A stretch of 64,000 bases of DNA from a virus (Duplodnaviria > Heunggongvirae > Uroviricota > Caudoviricetes). Positions 9,296 to 18,476 of this stretch are shown piece by piece. Below the pieces are notes generated by a model. The model was given only the letters and a program-made list of their open reading frames with translations, was not told where the DNA came from and searched no databases. A program made the translations under genes and the position numbers. The stretch lies in the IMG/VR virus record IMGVR_UViG_3300048590_001376; one strand, given 5' to 3'. Position 1 is the stretch's first letter. Each line of letters opens with the position of its first letter.

Positions 9296-10192
9296 TTAAC
9301 TGATTGATCGAGTGACATCCGCTGAGACGATGAATTTGCCAGACGTTAGAGTACCTACACTGCCGCCAGACCGCAGAACCTGGATGTCGTAAATGTATTG
9401 CCCCGGATCAAGCTCTGCGGTAGCCGCCTCGTCGATTGCGATCGTGACATCGCCACTGGCTGCGCTGTCGACTGTAATTGAACCATTGCCGCTGGTTGTC
9501 GTACTCCCGTTCAGCCGCAGCAACCCGCCAGATTCGGTGATCTGAATCGTCGCCCTGGTATCGGCCTCTCGCTCTTGCTTTTTGACGGTAAACCAGAGTG
9601 TAGAACGGTCAGCAATCGACCCCAGCCCGGTGATCGAAATGCTGGCCGTGTCGCCGCGCGTGATCGTAATGTTATCGCCCTCGACCGTCGCGGCCGTCGC
9701 GGCGGCCGAGCTGGTGAGCGTGCGGGTGGCGTAGGCCCATACCGCGGCGGCGATGGCGGCGGCGGAAGACAGAGCGGCGATGGCCGTGTTGATCGTTTGT
9801 AACAGCAAGCCAAACGTGCCGGCGGTGGTGTGATCGGTGGTTGCAGCATCCCAAACGGCATCTTCAATTTGCGTGTCCGTCAACAGCGTCCTTTCCGCGC
9901 TCCCGCTCCAATCCAGCGTGCCCACCCCTACCTGCTCGTCGGTGGTCGCTGGCGATCCCCCGGCCCGCTGGAAAATAGGAACGTCGGCCAAGCCTTCTGG
10001 CAGGTCCGGTACGTCGGCGCTAAACAGTCCGAATCCGTCGTGCTCCGTGAGCGTAATGGCATAGGTGGCGATATTGGCAGCAACGACAGCCTCGTAGGCT
10101 GTGCCGTTCCAGATTTCGGCCGACGTGTTAGTGATGTGCGCGTAAAGATTGGTGCCGGTCAACTGCCGCGCCCAAAATCGTAGTTTGGCCAT
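9296..10192 (-). CDS. Structural protein, Thr/Ala/Ser-rich, possibly Ig-like or decoration protein.
   Basis: 298-aa ORF with beta-rich low-complexity composition, sitting between the fibre-like gene and the connector. Confidence 0.4.
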   Translation of the reverse strand: MAKLRFWARQLTGTNLYAHITNTSAEIWNGTAYEAVVAANIATYAITLTEHDGFGLFSADVPDLPEGLADVPIFQRAGGSPATTDEQVGVGTLDWSGSAERTLLTDTQIEDAVWDAATTDHTTAGTFGLLLQTINTAIAALSSAAAIAAAVWAYATRTLTSSAAATAATVEGDNITITRGDTASISITGLGSIADRSTLWFTVKKQEREADTRATIQITESGGLLRLNGSTTTSGNGSITVDSAASGDVTIAIDEAATAELDPGQYIYDIQVLRSGGSVGTLTSGKFIVSADVTRSIS

Positions 10193-10193
10193 G

Positions 10194-10412
10194 TCAGTCC
10201 TTCACGGTCCACTCGACCAGCGTTGATTTCAGTTCTTCGATTCTCGCCGCGATGGTTTGCAACTCCTGCTGCTGCTGCACTAGCGTCACTTCGCGGTGAT
10301 GCTGCTGCTTCGTCAATAACTCAATCTCCCGCTCGATGGCGGCGCGCTGCTCGTCCACCAGCTTCTTGCGGCGTTCGTCGGGAGTGGGTTGGGGGGTTGG
10401 TTCGTCGGTCAT
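10194..10412 (-). CDS. Small coiled-coil protein.
   Basis: 72 aa with strong heptad-like E/Q/L composition. Its start lies adjacent to the stop of the upstream gene (10412/10413). Confidence 0.4.
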   Translation of the reverse strand: MTDEPTPQPTPDERRKKLVDEQRAAIEREIELLTKQQHHREVTLVQQQQELQTIAARIEELKSTLVEWTVKD

Positions 10413-10730
10413 TTAGTAGTCGCCGCCTTCCTCCAACTTCGCTTCCAGTGCTGCAACCCGACGTTTCAGTTGGTCGATTTCGTCCTGTTGCTTTTGCAGC
10501 ATCTTCGCTGCCTCGAATTGCACTGGCTCCTGCTGTGTAATACTGGACTGAAAAGGCGCGGTCGTTGAGCGGATAACAATGCTCGGCACGTCGTTCGTGA
10601 ACGATGGGTCGGACAACGGCAAGTCACCAGCTGGCATCAGATTGGCGGTCTGTGGCGTGCTGCAAAGTTTCAAACCACCAGACGACGGCGAAAGATTCAG
10701 CATCACGGAATTGCCTTCGATTTTTAACAT
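10413..10730 (-). CDS. Hypothetical protein with a C-terminal coiled coil.
   Basis: 105-aa ORF in the late operon. Confidence 0.35.
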   Translation of the reverse strand: MLKIEGNSVMLNLSPSSGGLKLCSTPQTANLMPAGDLPLSDPSFTNDVPSIVIRSTTAPFQSSITQQEPVQFEAAKMLQKQQDEIDQLKRRVAALEAKLEEGGDY

Positions 10731-10767
10731 GTGTTCTCTCCTGGTTGTCTGCCCCAGGTAAAAGTTC

Positions 10768-11058
10768 CTACTTCGCCACCCGCAACAGCGCCTGCTTTAC
10801 GGTCAGCGGCTCGAAGCCAATAACCGGCCTGTCCAGCACGCTCAACAACTGCTTCGCCGCCGCCACGGCTGCCAGCGTTTCGTCTAGCTTGGCCTGTGCG
10901 TCCTCGCCGTCGCCAAAGTCGTCCAGTTGGACACCGCTCCAGAGTTCCAGCTTGCCCAGCGCGATTTGCGCGTTGGCTGCCAGTTCCACTTGCTGCTGCG
11001 CAAATTTCGCCAGTTGTGGCAAGATGGCTTGGCGGTCTGCTTGTCGATGTGCGCTCAT
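10768..11058 (-). CDS. Hypothetical small helical protein.
   Basis: 96-aa ORF in the late operon. Confidence 0.35.
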   Translation of the reverse strand: MSAHRQADRQAILPQLAKFAQQQVELAANAQIALGKLELWSGVQLDDFGDGEDAQAKLDETLAAVAAAKQLLSVLDRPVIGFEPLTVKQALLRVAK

Positions 11059-11162
11059 TTTCGTTCTCCTGTTGGTTGTTGGTTACGTTACTGTCGTGAT
11101 CGACTCTGTGCCGTGCGGTCGGTTTAGCGGGTCGTGTTCACGCACGGCCCGCGACTGTTTTG

Positions 11163-12341
11163 TTACCAAGATGCGATTGGCACCCGCTTCCATGTGTCCG
11201 TTGCCGTGCAGACGTAGATGAATCCGCTGTCCCAGCAAATGTCACCGGCGTTGCCAGTTGCCGATGCACTGGCTGGCGTCTTGGCGGTTCGCAGCCGCAG
11301 CACGTCGCTGTTGATGTCTAGTAGTGCCGTACCGCTTGTGTCGCCGATAATAACCCGTCCGTCGTGGTCGATGTTCAGGCGGTCTGCGCCGGCCGTGATG
11401 TCAAAGACGCGGAACTTGCCGCTGTCGCCAGCGCCGCCCGTGCCTGCTCCGAAAAACCATTCGCGGTCACTGCCCCGCGTCGTTTTCAGATAGACGACGG
11501 CGTCGCTTTCGCCAGATACTGGTTCAATAATGACTTGTGCAAAGTACGGAGAGCCGACCGCATCCATCTTGAGATGCAGTGGCGACAGTGGTGTCACGCT
11601 GCCGATGGCAACGCGCCCGTTCTGCACCGTCAATATGTCGATTAGCGTCTGCGCCGTTGACCCGCTCGCACCCGCAACCGTCGATTGCAAGATCACGCTG
11701 GCAGGCGTGGCGTTGCCGGTGGACTGGCCAGGGGCTAGGACGAGATTCGAGCCTGCCGCGTTGCTGCCGGAGCCCGGCTTGCCGAGTAGGGACCGCAGCA
11801 TCAGGTCGCGGACGCTGCCGGCCGTGCCGTTGTTGATTTCGACCACACCAGCGGCGTTGCGGGCAATGGCAGTGTCAGGGAAAGTGGCTCCGATGATGCC
11901 TCCCCAAGCAAACATCCCGCTCTCTGGTCCGCGAATCCAACCTGACCCATTCACTTCCCATATACCAGTCACCACCCCATCTCTTGTAGAAGCGGACCCA
12001 ATAACAAGATCAGCACCACCGCCCCCGATATTCGTTACAAGCCTAATGCCTGTGGCTGCAATGTTTAAATAACCGGACTCGCTAGTGACTAGCCCTCTAG
12101 TTCCATCGTGGCTGATCTGCACTTCATCCGTGCCGGCTACCCCGCCAATCTGCCGCGCGATGAACGTCCCCAGCGAAATCACATCGCCTGCTGTGGCGTG
12201 AGACGTGCCGCGTAGCGTCAGATCCTCGCCACTCGCCGTGCCGCCAATCAGCGTCTGCCCGCCAGCGCGGCCCGCCAACAGCGCTACCGTGGAGTAGTCG
12301 CTGAATTGCGACAGCCTGCTAGGAATGAAGGTAATTGCCAT
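11163..12341 (-). CDS. Fibre-like structural protein, candidate head or neck fibre.
   Basis: 392 aa, Gly/Thr/Ser-rich beta-repeat character. The C-terminus (GDICWDSGFIYVCTATDTWKRVPIASW) resembles the conserved C-termini of phage fibre proteins. Located between capsid and connector genes. Confidence 0.45.
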   Translation of the reverse strand: MAITFIPSRLSQFSDYSTVALLAGRAGGQTLIGGTASGEDLTLRGTSHATAGDVISLGTFIARQIGGVAGTDEVQISHDGTRGLVTSESGYLNIAATGIRLVTNIGGGGADLVIGSASTRDGVVTGIWEVNGSGWIRGPESGMFAWGGIIGATFPDTAIARNAAGVVEINNGTAGSVRDLMLRSLLGKPGSGSNAAGSNLVLAPGQSTGNATPASVILQSTVAGASGSTAQTLIDILTVQNGRVAIGSVTPLSPLHLKMDAVGSPYFAQVIIEPVSGESDAVVYLKTTRGSDREWFFGAGTGGAGDSGKFRVFDITAGADRLNIDHDGRVIIGDTSGTALLDINSDVLRLRTAKTPASASATGNAGDICWDSGFIYVCTATDTWKRVPIASW

Positions 12342-12350
12342 TGGTGCCCC

Positions 12351-12590
12351 CTACATCTGCATTCCAGAGGTCGCAGAAGTCGTTTCGAGGTACAGCGAAT
12401 TGCCTGCGCCGGATGCTGGGATAGCGGATGAAATTGGATCTGCGGCGACAATCTTCCCCGGCGTGCCTGTCGGATTGCTTGCCATGACCATGTTGCCGCC
12501 CGCTGCCGGCGACCCGTAGATCGTCTGCCCATCGGCGAACGGACGAATGCCATCGGCGGTCTGATACCAAACTGCGGGGGAACCAGGCAT
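12351..12590 (-). CDS. Hypothetical small Gly/Pro/Ala-rich protein.
   Basis: 79-aa ORF directly upstream of the fibre-like gene. Confidence 0.3.
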   Translation of the reverse strand: MPGSPAVWYQTADGIRPFADGQTIYGSPAAGGNMVMASNPTGTPGKIVAADPISSAIPASGAGNSLYLETTSATSGMQM

Positions 12591-12659
12591 GGGTTATGTC
12601 TCACGAAAGGCAGGGAAACTTGATATTCTGCAAAGTGGTGAGGGGGTGAGCATGGGCTG

Positions 12660-12974
12660 TTAGTTGGTGCCGGACGACCTGTTGCGAGCCAGTTGCTGAA
12701 CGTCGTGCTCAATGCGCTCGATGCGGCTTTCGAGGGCACTCTGCCGCTCGATCATGCCGGCTTGCTGAACTTCAATCCGAGCCAAAATATCCGTTTTCGT
12801 TTCCAGCTTGGTGAGCACAACCGCCATCTGAGACATCGTGTTCTCAGTAACGGCGATGCGCGTTTGCATATTGAGCCCCCACCAGGCGAACCCACCAGCG
12901 GGAGTCATTGCCAGCGAGGCCAGCGTAATCCACTCCGCAGCGCCAAGTTTTAATTTGCCGTTGCTGGAAGTCAC
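12660..12974 (-). CDS. Membrane-anchored coiled-coil protein with i-spanin-like architecture.
   Basis: 104 aa with an N-terminal hydrophobic segment (WITLASLAMTPAGGFAWWGL) followed by a coiled coil. Confidence 0.4.
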   Translation of the reverse strand: MTSSNGKLKLGAAEWITLASLAMTPAGGFAWWGLNMQTRIAVTENTMSQMAVVLTKLETKTDILARIEVQQAGMIERQSALESRIERIEHDVQQLARNRSSGTN

Positions 12975-13102
12975 TTCGCTGCCCTCCTGGCAAAGAGCCG
13001 ATCGAACTTGACCAGGCGTCCCCTCCCCGCCGCGAGGCGTGCCAAACCGGAATCCCTGGCTGGCTGGTCAAGCTGATCGGCAATGTCAAGCAAACTCTGG
13101 CG

Positions 13103-13555
13103 CTACTTGGTTGCCGGCGCAGGCGTTACGGCCGCAACTGGCTCTGCCAATGGCGGCTCCGGCGCGGGCACAAAGCCGTTGTCTTTGAGCTGGGTCAACA
13201 GCCAGGGCCGCAGCTCGTTATCCTTCGCCAGATAGGCCAGCATTTTCTTGAAGACGCCTTGCAGCTCGCGGACGACGTTTTCCTTATTGGCGAACGCTTT
13301 CACGGCCGAGCGAAGCTCGTGCAGCATGCCGCTGTAATCGCCAACAACATAGTTGCGGACGAATTCGGGCGTGCGAACGAACCCCCAGTTGGTGAGCACT
13401 TCGAACAGGTCCATGCCGGCCTTGCGGCGCTCCTCGATCTTGTCATCGACGCGGAACAGCATCTTGACGACCAGGAACGTACAGGCGACCGCCAGGGCAA
13501 CCATCACGCCGTCTTGCGGAGTGACCGCAATGTCAGCAAGCAGAAAAGGATTCAT
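13103..13555 (-). CDS. Membrane protein with an N-terminal TM helix.
   Basis: 150 aa with a hydrophobic N-terminus (VMVALAVACTFLVVKMLF) and a Pro-rich tail. Confidence 0.45.
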   Translation of the reverse strand: MNPFLLADIAVTPQDGVMVALAVACTFLVVKMLFRVDDKIEERRKAGMDLFEVLTNWGFVRTPEFVRNYVVGDYSGMLHELRSAVKAFANKENVVRELQGVFKKMLAYLAKDNELRPWLLTQLKDNGFVPAPEPPLAEPVAAVTPAPATK

Positions 13556-13610
13556 GTGATTTCTCTCCAGTGGTGTCAGGTGTATCTGCCGCGATCAACC
13601 GCCAGAGCGG

Positions 13611-14351
13611 TTACATCTTCACGCGGTTTTTGGTTTCCAGATAGGCGGCAATAGCTGCCGTGATCAGCGAGGCAATCGCCGCCAAGCCGAGCACGTTGGT
13701 TGGCTCTTCGGCCGGCGGCGTCGGTGCCAGCGGCTGTGGTCCGATGTCCGGGATGACTGGAATAGGATTCGGATTTGGATTCGGCTCCGGCGTCGGCGTT
13801 GGCGCCGGGTCAGGCCGCGGGCAGGGTCGGCCGAGCGCGTTGCGAATCATGGCCACCAGGGCTTGCGGCGAATCAGGGATATTGTGCGACGCGCACTTGA
13901 AAACCACCTTGCCATGGTTGCCGTACTGGTCCGGGCCTTGCAGCATGATGGCTGGAAACTGATTTTCAGGGACCGCAGAGGCAAACCGCGTGCGGTACAT
14001 GGCCAGTGCCGGAGTGTAGTGGTTCCAATGCGTCTGCGCTTTAAGACTGGCCAGCGACGTATCGCTTTGGAACCAGCTCAGCATCACACGCTCTTGCGGC
14101 GTCGGATTGGTGTTGGTGAAGACAGTCAGGTAGTACGACTGGCCGTCTTCGGGCAGTTCGATGACGCGATCGGAAATCAGGCTATTGGCGGGCAGATCGA
14201 GCGCAGGCAATTGCAATTGCTGCCGCGGCTGCTGCTGTTGAATCTGGCTGGCTGCTTGGGCGTCGTTGTTCTGCTGGTAGTCGCGGACCAAGAACAGCGA
14301 TACGGTCACGCATAGCGTGGCGATCGCCGCGTGAGTGAACGATACTTTCAT
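13611..14351 (-). CDS. Secreted protein with a signal peptide, a Pro-rich linker and a C-terminal hydrophobic anchor.
   Basis: Start taken at the internal ATG (MKVSFTHAAIATLCVTVSLFLV). Contains PNPNPNPIP repeats. The C-terminus (LGLAAIASLITAAIAAYL) is hydrophobic. Confidence 0.45.
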   Translation of the reverse strand: MKVSFTHAAIATLCVTVSLFLVRDYQQNNDAQAASQIQQQQPRQQLQLPALDLPANSLISDRVIELPEDGQSYYLTVFTNTNPTPQERVMLSWFQSDTSLASLKAQTHWNHYTPALAMYRTRFASAVPENQFPAIMLQGPDQYGNHGKVVFKCASHNIPDSPQALVAMIRNALGRPCPRPDPAPTPTPEPNPNPNPIPVIPDIGPQPLAPTPPAEEPTNVLGLAAIASLITAAIAAYLETKNRVKM

Positions 14352-14395
14352 GTGATTCCCTCCACAGTTGAAGATGGACATTGCCGGCCTGGCGT

Positions 14396-15001
14396 CTACA
14401 GCCATGGCCTGGGCGGTGCGGGAGAGTAAACGGGTGTCAGCGCGAAGCCCCCGAATCCTTTCCATTTACTGATGAACGTCTCGCGGTCGACGTACTCGTG
14501 CTCCTTAATGTGATTGTTGTCCAGCAAAATCGCTTGGCGTCCGTCTTCGGTCCAACCGAAGAAGCAGATCGAATGACTTGGCTTGTAGAAAATCGTCGCC
14601 CCGCGTTTAGTCCTGCTGCACCAATCGAGAAAACCAACGTCGCCCTCAGTCGTGTAGGCGAATCGCAACCCCGCTTTCTCGCACTTATTGATCAGTCCGC
14701 CAGATGACTCGCCGCCGTGATACGTCTCGCGCCACCAGGCGGCCAAGTCTTCCATGCCCTGCCAGCGCATGATCATTTCAGTGCTGGCGTGGACACACGA
14801 GCCGCCGGAATAGTTCTTCATCCGCAGCTCGTAGGGCAGATCGACCGGCGGCACGCCAGTCCACGGATAGTCGCCGTAGCAGGTGCCAGGCGAATTGACG
14901 TAGGCGGCGTCGCTATAGGCCAGCGGACCAGAGCCGGTGCGAATCGTGCAGCCGGCAGCGAAAACGATCGCAATGATCGCCAGCGTGGCGAGTGGCTTCA
15001 T
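14396..15001 (-). CDS. Lipoprotein with a peptidase C39-like (papain-fold Cys/His) domain.
   Basis: Start at the internal ATG (MKPLATLAIIAIVFAAGC) gives a lipobox. The conserved GSCVHAS (Cys) and HSICFFGW (His) pattern resembles Peptidase_C39_2. Confidence 0.45.
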   Translation of the reverse strand: MKPLATLAIIAIVFAAGCTIRTGSGPLAYSDAAYVNSPGTCYGDYPWTGVPPVDLPYELRMKNYSGGSCVHASTEMIMRWQGMEDLAAWWRETYHGGESSGGLINKCEKAGLRFAYTTEGDVGFLDWCSRTKRGATIFYKPSHSICFFGWTEDGRQAILLDNNHIKEHEYVDRETFISKWKGFGGFALTPVYSPAPPRPWL

Positions 15002-15204
15002 GGACAATCCTCCTTGATTGGACCCGGCACCGGCGTCGTATCCGGTGAAAAGGGCGGTTGCGGTCGCTGGTAATTGATGGCTGGCGCTGGGCACTGGCCG
15101 TCCGGGCAACAGCCGTCAGGGCCGCATTGCTGGGCTCCAGGAGTGCGAACCGTGCAGCCACCAACGGCAAGCAAGACCATCATCGCAGCGATCATTTGTT
15201 TCAT
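14998..15204 (-). CDS. Small Pro/Cys-rich lipoprotein, similar in form to an o-spanin (Rz1-like).
   Basis: 68 aa from the internal ATG (MKQMIAAMMVLLAVGGC lipobox), then a Pro/Cys-rich tail (CGPDGCCPDGQCPAP...). Confidence 0.4.
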   Translation of the reverse strand: MKQMIAAMMVLLAVGGCTVRTPGAQQCGPDGCCPDGQCPAPAINYQRPQPPFSPDTTPVPGPIKEDCP

Positions 15205-15392
15205 TTGTCGCGATCCTTTTTCCACGGCACTTGAAAGTGGATGTAGTGATCGTGCCGCTGGGCGTCGTAGTGGTGGTGGTGGTCGTGGCCGTGCTGGTGC
15301 GTGGCCTTGCAGCCGCGACCCTGACAAACAAACAGACAGGCGACAGCCGCCAGGACCAGTACGATCATCAGGTTGCTTGTGTCTCGTTCCAT
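15201..15392 (-). CDS. Small His-rich putative lipoprotein.
   Basis: 63 aa with a hydrophobic N-terminus (MIVLVLAAVAC) and an HQHGHDHHHHYDAQRHDHY stretch. Confidence 0.3.
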   Translation of the reverse strand: MERDTSNLMIVLVLAAVACLFVCQGRGCKATHQHGHDHHHHYDAQRHDHYIHFQVPWKKDRDK

Positions 15393-15431
15393 CGCGCTCT
15401 ATCGCCGAACTGGCGACTCACATCCTCGGTT

Positions 15432-16085
15432 TCAAGGGCTTGGTTCTGGGCGGTTCGCTGGCCTCGCGAGCACTACAACCCAACATTTTCGGCCACGAGT
15501 ATCCTCTGCCATCGCACAGCCGAATTGAGTGAACTCAGGGTCGAGGATAGTCGCCTTATGGCCAGGTGATTGCAGCCAGCCATTGATAACGCTGATTGGT
15601 GTCTCGAAATCGCCGGCTACGACTTCACCAACCTTGCTTGCCGGATAGCCAGCGGCGCGCACGCGATCGGCAGGCCAACTTCCGCCTTGGCCTTGGTGTC
15701 CGAGCCTGCCAGTGCTGGCCATCCATTTGGCAAACTGGTCGGCGGCGGCCGTGAGCTTCTGGTCGCTAAACAGATAAAGGCAGTTGTTTCGGCTGCGCAA
15801 TCGAATGCCGAGCCGGATTTCCAGCTCTGTCACTGGATCGTCGACATGGATGTCGAGCGGGTCGTTCCAGTTGGGCAGTTGGTTTGGGAGTGGGGCTGGC
15901 GGCGGCGCCACGCTGGGCGGCGTGAGATTGACGCCTGGCCTGCGAGTCATCGCCAGGGGCTCTCCCGTCTTGATGGTACAGCCAGCGACAACGAGCACGA
16001 AAAGCAGGCGACCGACAAAGCGGCACGTCTCGTAGGCAATCGCGCTCCAGTGAAGGCCGTTGATGATGCTGGTAAGTCGATCCAT
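15432..16085 (-). CDS. CAP/SCP (PR-1-like) domain lipoprotein.
   Basis: LLFVLVVAGC lipobox. CAP-like motifs GHQGQGGSWP...SPGHKATILDPEFTQFGCA...WVVVLA. ATG at 16083-16085; the ORF-track start at 16121 is a TTG codon. Confidence 0.45.
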   Translation of the reverse strand: MDRLTSIINGLHWSAIAYETCRFVGRLLFVLVVAGCTIKTGEPLAMTRRPGVNLTPPSVAPPPAPLPNQLPNWNDPLDIHVDDPVTELEIRLGIRLRSRNNCLYLFSDQKLTAAADQFAKWMASTGRLGHQGQGGSWPADRVRAAGYPASKVGEVVAGDFETPISVINGWLQSPGHKATILDPEFTQFGCAMAEDTRGRKCWVVVLARPANRPEPSP

Positions 16086-16128
16086 GTCGAAAACTCGCTG
16101 AAAAGTCCTGTTGCCCGCCAAAAAGCCG

Positions 16129-16554
16129 CTAGTTTTGTAGTTCGACTACGCTTTTTTCGCCTAGCTTTTGGCCAGTGGTTTTTCGCTCGGTGCAGCGACA
16201 TGGCTTCTGACAGTCGCATGACACGACGCAAAGGCAGGCCCCGCCGCCGCCGTCCTGGTGAATTCGCGGCTCGGCCTCCAGGGTGATTGGTTCGGTCGAG
16301 TGAACGGTCAGCTCAGTATTGGACTTGCCCAGATAGGTGTACCGCAGTTCTCCGCGGCTGTTGTATTCCCAGCGATACATGTTGCCAGTGCGGAACGCCG
16401 CACCCGGCCAGGCCGGAGAGAGCGGCGCGATCGTGAACCCGGTGACGGGCTGCCACTTGACTTCGTTGGAAGCCTGGATCGAAGCGGCAATCATCAATCC
16501 AATCCAGATGCCGGCGAAAACAAAGTACATCGCTCCAGCGATATAACGAGCCAT
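16129..16554 (-). CDS. Single-pass membrane protein with a Cys-rich C-terminal domain.
   Basis: 141 aa from the ATG at 16552-16554 (MARYIAGAMYFVFAGIWIGLMIAA). A GGAG sequence lies 10 nt upstream, and the gene sits next to the C92-like gene (TGAaATG junction). The longer 275-aa ORF-track version is rejected. Confidence 0.4.
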   Translation of the reverse strand: MARYIAGAMYFVFAGIWIGLMIAASIQASNEVKWQPVTGFTIAPLSPAWPGAAFRTGNMYRWEYNSRGELRYTYLGKSNTELTVHSTEPITLEAEPRIHQDGGGGACLCVVSCDCQKPCRCTERKTTGQKLGEKSVVELQN

Positions 16555-16555
16555 T

Positions 16556-17134
16556 TCAGTCAACTCCATCGAGGGTGAACGCATATCTCCAGAGCATGCT
16601 GTGGGACAGGTCGCCCGGCTCTGTAATGCGGTCGGAAATGTTGGGAACGGGGTCGATTTTGCCGCCCAGTCGGGCGGACGTGCTGACGGCGAATGAGCAG
16701 AATTTCGGCAGCCACGAGGGGTCGCCGATGTCATCCATTTCCGGCTTGATGAACAGCCGGACAAACGGCAGATGCAGCAGCGCGGCTGAGTAGATTGCGG
16801 TCCATCCGTAGGGCTCGCCAACGGAGTGAGTGAACATGTGCCGCACTGCGCCCGCGCGGTCGTATTGGTCTTCGAATTCCTGTCGGACGCGATACACGTC
16901 CCAGCGGCCAGGGTGATCTTTGACTTGGCTCCGCAAGCTGACGCAGCGGCCGCCAACGCCTTCGCACATTTCCATCACCGCGGGGATGCCGTTCCAGACG
17001 CAATACATGGCCGCGTGGCTGTAGATCGAGCGGCTGGCTGTGCGAATCAGCTTGGAGAACGAGAAGACTCCGTAGCCACGAAACAGCAGCAAGTCGCCGT
17101 CGGCCATGTGATCGACGGCTTTCGCGAGCGACAT
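16556..17134 (-). CDS. NlpC/P60-superfamily peptidase of the permuted papain-fold C92 (YiiX/YaeF-like) type; candidate cell-wall hydrolase.
   Basis: GDLLLFRG...SIYSHAAMY motif resembles the C92 family. Start taken at the internal ATG at 17132-17134. Confidence 0.45.
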   Translation of the reverse strand: MSLAKAVDHMADGDLLLFRGYGVFSFSKLIRTASRSIYSHAAMYCVWNGIPAVMEMCEGVGGRCVSLRSQVKDHPGRWDVYRVRQEFEDQYDRAGAVRHMFTHSVGEPYGWTAIYSAALLHLPFVRLFIKPEMDDIGDPSWLPKFCSFAVSTSARLGGKIDPVPNISDRITEPGDLSHSMLWRYAFTLDGVD

Positions 17135-17162
17135 GCTGTTGGTTTCAGGTGACACGGCAGTC

Positions 17163-17417
17163 CTATTTGCAGATGAGTGATTGCCTCCCGGTCCCACTGC
17201 ACGCCGGGCAGGTCGCCTCGACCTTTTTGCTTGGATCGACTTGCGACTTGTAAATCAGCTTCCCCTTGCCGCCACAGGACTCGCAAGGTCGCCTGGGTTG
17301 CTGATTCTCCATGACGATCACTCCATCGACTGTTAGCTGCCCGCACGTCTTCCAGGCGCGGTCGACGTGCGGGCTGCGAGTGGGGGCTTCACACACTCGC
17401 GACTGCTCTTGAATCAC
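17163..17417 (-). CDS. DnaJ-type CxxCxGxG zinc-finger protein.
   Basis: 84 aa with CESCGGKGK and CPACSGTGR repeats. Confidence 0.45.
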   Translation of the reverse strand: MIQEQSRVCEAPTRSPHVDRAWKTCGQLTVDGVIVMENQQPRRPCESCGGKGKLIYKSQVDPSKKVEATCPACSGTGRQSLICK

Positions 17418-17995
17418 TTTCCGCCGCCAGAACCGGCCGGCTCTTTCCTGGTGGTCGTGGCAGGAACTTCAACGCGGTCGGTCCAGCGCTGATCTTCAGG
17501 CTTGTGCAGCTTTCCCAGCGCGCCCTTGCGTCGCTTGCCAGGCAGCTTGCGGGCCTCCTCCGATGACATCAGTTCGCCGCTAACGACGCGGGCATAGCCA
17601 GCCTCGACCGTGCGCGCCATCTCGTACAGCCAGGTCTTGATTTCGTCCTGGCTCATGTTTTCCTTGACCGACTGCGGCCAGGGCTTGGTGGGCGAAAAGA
17701 ACGACGGATACTGAGACATGATCGGCTTGATCTTCTCCCAGATCGCGTGCCCCTCCGGCGTGCCGCCGTCCTTGGGCTCGGCCAGCGGGTCAAAGACCAC
17801 GCCTGTTTTCTTGTCGACATCCAGGCTGATATGAATGCCTGGAATGAAATGGACTGTCGAAATCGCCTTGAGTGATTCCGCCTTGTCCTTTTGCGCCACG
17901 TTGGCGGTGTCCCAGCGGCCACGCAACCGCCGCATGAGCGGCTTGAACGTGTGGCTTTCATTGCGAGGACCGGCAATCTCGATCACAACTTTCAT
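17414..17995 (-). CDS. Hypothetical protein.
   Basis: 193-aa ORF with a 4-nt overlap with the downstream gene. Confidence 0.45.
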   Translation of the reverse strand: MKVVIEIAGPRNESHTFKPLMRRLRGRWDTANVAQKDKAESLKAISTVHFIPGIHISLDVDKKTGVVFDPLAEPKDGGTPEGHAIWEKIKPIMSQYPSFFSPTKPWPQSVKENMSQDEIKTWLYEMARTVEAGYARVVSGELMSSEEARKLPGKRRKGALGKLHKPEDQRWTDRVEVPATTTRKEPAGSGGGK

Positions 17996-18037
17996 GCGTG
18001 AAACCCCCAGATGGAAAACAGAAGCAAAATAGGTGGA

Positions 18038-18376
18038 TCAGAAGCTCCTGGCCCGAAGCGTCGCCAAGCACTTCGCCAGGATGTCGACGTTTTTTTGCCG
18101 CAGCTTATTCAGTCGACGCTCGCGGTCGCCTTGTTTGGTCGTGTCGCCTTCGGGCACCGGAACCGGCAATTCGATGGCCCAGACCCAATCGATCAAGCCA
18201 CGCTCATTGACGTTGACGTTGCCCGGATCGTTGTCGCGCGCTCGCCACGGCTCGGCGGCTGGGACGATACCAAGTTCGATGGCGCGAGCATTCGCAGCCT
18301 CGGAGAACTTCTTGATGCTGATGGCCGACGCCCCCAGCAGCCAGATTCGGATCAGATTCTCGTTTGCTTGATTCAT
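18038..18376 (-). CDS. Hypothetical protein.
   Basis: 112 aa from the internal ATG at 18374-18376, immediately after the capsid terminator. The longer ORF-track version would span the terminator hairpin. Confidence 0.4.
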   Translation of the reverse strand: MNQANENLIRIWLLGASAISIKKFSEAANARAIELGIVPAAEPWRARDNDPGNVNVNERGLIDWVWAIELPVPVPEGDTTKQGDRERRLNKLRQKNVDILAKCLATLRARSF

Positions 18377-18398
18377 GGTCGAGTGAGTTGAAAAACGG

Positions 18399-18442
18399 CT
18401 GGCGCCGGCCGATGGAAAAACCGGCGCCAGCCTGTGCAGCGA
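18399..18442 (-). terminator. Rho-independent terminator downstream of the major capsid gene.
   Basis: Perfect 12-bp GC-rich inverted repeat (ggctggcgccgg / ccggcgccagcc, 18407-18442), followed on the minus strand by a T-run (plus-strand aaaaac at 18401-18406). Confidence 0.6.
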
Positions 18443-18476
18443 CTTCCAGACCCCGCAGCCGGAAGTGGCAGGTGAA

